From: Chitinophagales bacterium
Lineage (GTDB): Bacteria > Bacteroidota > Bacteroidia > Chitinophagales > JADIYW01
Assembly (NCBI GenBank): GCA_044357355.1
Contig: JBIKPT010000002.1
Span: 1 to 56,773 of the forward strand
Length of the DNA: 56,773 bases
Direction: 5' to 3'
In this document: piece by piece, positions 55,875 to 56,773 of the stretch
Position numbering within the stretch: position 1 is the stretch's first letter
Layout: each line of letters opens with the position of its first letter
Made by a program: the position numbers and the translations under genes
The notes under the pieces: model-generated
The model's database searches: none
The model's input: only the letters and a program-made list of their open reading frames with translations
What the model was told of the DNA's origin: nothing

Positions 55875-56773
55875 TTATAAAAACGGCAATTTCACCACTT
55901 TTGCTTTCAGTAATTTTCCGCGTATATCGATATAGATTTCCGAATCAACGGCACTGAAAACAGTCTCTACATAACCAAGTCCGACACCATAGCCTAATGT
56001 TGGAGATTGAGTACCGGAAGTGACGTGTCCGATTTCATTTCCGTTAGCATCTTTTATCAGATAATGACCGCGCGGAATACCTCTGTCTACCATTGTAAAA
56101 CCAACAAGTTTATGTTTTAAACCGTCAGCTTTTTGTTGCAGTAAAATTTCTTTAGCAATAAAATCTTTGTTGAATTTGGTGACCCAGCCCAAGCCAGCTT
56201 CTAAAGGAGAAGTGGTGTCGTCGATATCATTGCCGTACAAACAAAAACCTTTTTCTAAACGCAAGGTATCACGTGCACCTAAACCGATGGGCTGTAATCC
56301 AAACGGCTTTCCTGTTTCTAAAATTTTATTCCAGATATCTACGGCATGTGCTTTATTGAAATACAATTCGAAACCACCTGCACCGGTATAGCCTGTTGCA
56401 GAAATAATTACATTTTCCACGCCGGCAAAACAGCCGCGCAAAAAACGATAGTATGGAATCGAAGCTAAATCTACATCTGTAAGTGATTGCAATGCTTCAG
56501 CAGCTTTCGGTCCTTGTATGGCCAGTAATGCGGTATTCTCAGAGATATTGTGCAGTTCCGCACCTTCTGTATTGTGTTGATTAAACCACGCCCAGTCTTT
56601 ATCAATATTTCCGGCATTCACCACACACATGTAATGTCCATCATCTAAATGGTAAACGAGCAAATCATCCACAATGCCGCCGGTTTCATTCGGCAGATAT
56701 CCATATAAAGCCTGACCTCTTTCTAATTTAGAAACATCGTTGGAAACAATCTTTTGCAAGAGCGGCAATGCTT
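55875..56773 (-). CDS. gcvT: Glycine cleavage system aminomethyltransferase T (5' end outside window)
   Basis: ...[15 protein letters not shown]..., RDTLRLE, C-terminal [10 protein letters not shown]. The frame is open to the window edge, and the TTG at 56768 is an artefact of ORF calling. Confidence 0.9.
   Translation of the reverse strand, partial: ALPLLQKIVSNDVSKLERGQALYGYLPNETGGIVDDLLVYHLDDGHYMCVVNAGNIDKDWAWFNQHNTEGAELHNISENTALLAIQGPKAAEALQSLTDVDLASIPYYRFLRGCFAGVENVIISATGYTGAGGFELYFNKAHAVDIWNKILETGKPFGLQPIGLGARDTLRLEKGFCLYGNDIDDTTSPLEAGLGWVTKFNKDFIAKEILLQQKADGLKHKLVGFTMVDRGIPRGHYLIKDANGNEIGHVTSGTQSPTLGYGVGLGYVETVFSAVDSEIYIDIRGKLLKAKVVKLPFL

Overview
AT-rich chromosomal segment with Bacteroidota hallmarks: T9SS C-terminal sorting domains, a PorP/SprF gene, GEVED-domain secreted proteins and a TAnnTTTG-like promoter motif. 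All calls come from reading the ORF track and the DNA by eye. No homology or HMM search was run, so family names are motif-level recognitions. Most of the ~50 genes are ordinary housekeeping: sixA-like/ppk1/ppx, mnmG, scpA, ECF sigma/anti-sigma, O-antigen ligase and GT4, nadD, nadA, hemN, uvrB, GH13, pepF-like M3 peptidase, redoxins and a 5'-truncated gcvT. The window looks origin-proximal. Three near-perfect parS palindromes lie upstream of mnmG, with a fourth degenerate copy 2 kb away. DnaA-box-like 9-mers cluster there and in the 570-bp nadD-nadA spacer. The standout is a translationally coupled four-gene cassette at 28.6-33.5 kb: XRE HTH, TPR protein with a HELVH metallopeptidase-like motif, MazG-like NTP pyrophosphohydrolase, and a 735-aa protein. 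The 735-aa protein fuses a GIY-YIG nuclease, a P-loop SF1/DUF2075-type helicase and a C-terminal LexA-like S24 domain that keeps the VAAG cleavage site, Ser and Lys. C/A-rich structured non-coding DNA brackets the cassette, and a long helix plus terminator follows it, which may be an ncRNA. I could not match this gene set to a named system and propose it as a candidate defence or DNA-damage-triggered system. Other points are several decayed genes (a DUF486-like gene, a ~1.5-kb multi-frameshifted gene, one in-frame nonsense codon), a 51-bp-repeat histone H1-like gene, period-7 GTAAG arrays and a recurring TTCCGAA hairpin family.
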